From Macrostomum lignano (lineage: Eukaryota): a stretch of DNA of 64,000 nt. Under the pieces are notes generated by a model. That model made no database searches. It was not told where the DNA came from and worked only from the letters and a program-made list of their open reading frames with translations. The DNA lies in assembly GCA_002269645.1 (NCBI GenBank), contig NIVC01000969.1, positions 1 to 64,000 of the forward strand, given 5' to 3'. Positions 61,300 through 64,000 of the stretch are shown in pieces. Made by a program: the position numbers and the translations under genes. Each line of letters begins with the position of its first letter. Position 1 is the first letter of the stretch.

Positions 61300-61785
61300 G
61301 GTGTCGCCACGGGCCTCCCCACATGCTCACCTGGCTCACTGCGCACGTGGTACGGATACCGAGGCCTCTCCCACGCTTGTGCAATCTGAGTGTCTGGCAG
61401 CTGCTTGGCCTCAGAGCTGGGGGGGGGGCGCCCCGAGGCCCCAGCAACACGCGGCCATAGCGGGTGAAGAAGCGCGCCATCTGCTGCCGCAAACGGCTGG
61501 GACTCTCAGCTTTCTGCCCAGCCCCTGCCTGCGCTGGGTTCTCAGTTGTTAACCGCCTGGGGTTTAACTTTCCCAGCACAGCTTGACGACTCCACAGTAA
61601 CAGCCTGGCAACAAGCAGTTTATGGCGCCTTCTGGCGTGCAAAAGCAGATAATGGGCTCAAAAATGCTGGAGTTCTTATGCGCCGGCATGAGAAGCCTAG
61701 ATGGAGAGAAATAAAAGTTCGTCTGGCACTTTCAATCAGGACACAAGGAATTGAATCGCCAATGCTGGACTCGCTGGGCCATTAG
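61300..61785 (+). mobile_element. Possible degenerate 3' end of a non-LTR retrotransposon
   Basis: Frames give HCARGTDTEASPTLVQSECLAAAW (weak zinc-knuckle-like) and WQQAVYGAFWRAK; frameshifted. Confidence 0.25.
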
Positions 61786-62580
61786 ATTCTCCCAATGAGC
61801 TCTAAGAATTCTCTCCCTTCCTGCCCATGAGATTAGAAGATTCTCTCCCTTCCCGCCCATGAGATTAGAAGAATCTCTCCCTTCCCGCCCATGAGATTAG
61901 AATATTCTCTCTATTCCCACCCATGAGATTAGAAGATTCTCTCCATTCCCGCCCTTAGCTTAGAAGATTCTCTGCCTTCCCTCTCATGAGATTATAGAAT
62001 TCTCTTCCTTCCGCCCATGAGATTAGAAAAGACCCTCTCCCTTCCTTCTCATGAGATTAGAAGACTCTCTCCCTTCTCGCCCATGAGATTAGAAGATTCT
62101 CTGCCTTCCCTCTCATGAGATTATAGAATTCTCTTCCTTCCGCCCATGAGATTAGAAAAGACCCTCTCCCTTCCTTCTCATGAGATTAGAAGACTCTCTC
62201 CCTTCTCGCCCATGAGATTAGAAGATTCTCTGCCTTCCCTCTCATGAGATTATAGAATTCTCTTCCTTCCGCCCATGAGATTAGAAAAGACCATCTCCCT
62301 TCCTTCTCATGAGATTAGAAGACTCTCTCCCTTCTCGCCCATGAGATTAGAAGATTCTCTGCCTTCCCTCTCATGAGATTATAGAATTCTCTTCCTTCCG
62401 CCCATGAGATTAGAAAAGACCATCTCCCTTCCTTCTCATGAGATTAGAAGATTCTCTCCCTTCCCGCCCATGAGATTAGAAGATTCTCTCCCTTCCCGCC
62501 CATGAGATTAGAAGATTCTCTCTCCTATCCCACCCATGAGATTAGAAGATTCTCTCCCTTCCCACCCATGAGATTAGAGT
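61780..62580. repeat. ~32-bp satellite (CCCATGAGATTAGAAGATTCTCTCCCTTCCCG) with a 129-bp higher-order period
   Basis: AGAAGATTCTCTGCCTTCC recurs at 61962, 62091, 62220 and 62349. Confidence 0.9.
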
Positions 62581-62919
62581 CCTGTCATAGCAATTCGTTA
62601 ATCAGTTTCGAATTGATTCATTTCAAGCATGGATAAGAGCCGCCACTAAGACACGAAGTAGAGAAAATTAAAAAAAGACCTCCAGCTAAGCCCCGTGCCC
62701 GGGGGCTGCATCGAAATTGAGCTCTTTATTGGGGGGAGTCGCTTTTAGATAAAGCGTTGCGCAATCGGCCCCTATTAGACTGACTCCATCTGCCCCATCA
62801 AATAGGCACGAGTCTGCCGCCACTGCCCCCCTACTTGAGGATTGACTCGGTTGCCAACCATCTTGCCGTCATGGATACTTGAGTGGGGAGTTTGAATAGA
62901 TGCACTGGAGGGCAACGAG

Positions 62920-64000
62920 TCACTGTGAATATTGTGACTGTGTGATGTATAGTGACTGAGGCTGGCACTGACTCACTGTGAATAGTGTGACTGTGTGATG
63001 TATAGTGACTGAGGCTGGCACTGACTCACTGTGAATACCGTGACTGTGTGATGTATAGTGACTGAGGCTGGCACTGACTCACTGTGAATACCGTGACTGT
63101 GTGATGTATAGTGACTGAGGCTGGCACTGACTCACTGTGAATACCGTGACTGTGTGATGTATAGTGACTGAGGCTGGCACTGACTCACTGTGAATACCGT
63201 GACTGTGTGATGTATAGTGACTGAGGCTGGCACTGACTCACTGTGAATAGTGTGACTGTGTGATGTATAGTGACTGAGGTTGGCACTGACTCACTGTGAA
63301 TACCGTGACTGTGTGATGTATAGTGACTGAGGCTGGCACTGACTCACTGTGAATACCGTGACTGTGTGATGTATAGTGACTGAGGCTGACACTGACTCAC
63401 TGTGAATACCGTGACTGTGTGATGTATAGTGACTGAGGTTGGCACTGACTCACTGTGAATACCGTGACTGTGTGATGTATAGTGACTGAGGCTGGCACTG
63501 ACTCACTGTGAATACCGTGACTGTGTGATGTATAGTGACTGAGGTTGGCACTGACTCACTGTGAATACCGTGACTGTGTGATGTATAGTGACTGAGGCTG
63601 ACACTGACTCACTGTGAATACCGTGACTGTGTGATGTATAGTGACTGAGGCTGGCACTGAGTCACTGTGAATACCGTGACTGTGTGATGTATAGTGACTG
63701 AGGTTGGCACTGACTCACTGTGAATACCGTGACTGTGTGATGTATAGTGACTGAGGCTGACACTGACTCACTGTGAATACCGTGACTGTGTGATGTATAG
63801 TGACTGAGGCTGGCACTGAGTCACTGTGAATACCGTGACTGTGTGATGTATAGTGACTGAGGTTGGCACTGACTCACTGTGAATAGTGTGACTGTGTGAT
63901 GTATAGTGACTGAGGCTGGCACTGACTCACTGTGAATACCGTGACTGTGTGATGTATAGTGACTGAGGCTGGCACTGAGTAACTGTGAATAGTGTGACTG
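62920..64000. repeat. 53-bp satellite running off the window end
   Basis: Unit CACTGTGAATACCGTGACTGTGTGATGTATAGTGACTGAGGCTGGCACTGACT, about 20 copies. Confidence 0.95.

Overview
Eukaryotic, intron-rich, minisatellite-rich DNA. The style suggests an invertebrate such as a Macrostomum-like flatworm; this is inference only. About 55 kb is a + strand tandem cluster of five related type-I cell-surface receptor genes: signal peptide, F-type-lectin/discoidin-like domain(s), a string of Ig-like domains mostly built from phase 1-0-1 half-domain exons, TM and cytoplasmic tail. Gene 1 (741-~10040) is a diverged paralog with 2 lectin-like and 6 Ig-like domains and a 1-nt frameshift in its signal exon. 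Four recent copies follow. Copy A (15284-16607) has an ~8.3 kb internal deletion but splices in frame as a one-Ig mini-receptor. Copies B (19675-29323), C (33982-42907) and D (46792-55522) each have 1 lectin-like plus 10 Ig-like domains. A, B and C share one TM/tail (TVYYYEENPALPDRPP). D has nearly the same ectodomain but an unrelated TM/tail with tandem ITIM-like (MEYATV) and ITSM (TIYLTI) motifs, i.e. a paired-receptor-like architecture. The ectodomains show patchwork similarity consistent with gene conversion. One intron of each full copy holds a minisatellite of roughly 19-42 tandem copies of the exon's own splice donor. Also present: a solo LTR in the 5' UTR of C, nested Mutator-like elements, a hAT-like MITE, CORE-type SINEs, possible decayed LRR sequence in the spacers, a minus-strand 3-exon Id/emc-like HLH gene (57388-60115), and a satellite-dense right end. 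All gene models were derived by eye from splice sites, frame and paralog comparison; no database searches were run.
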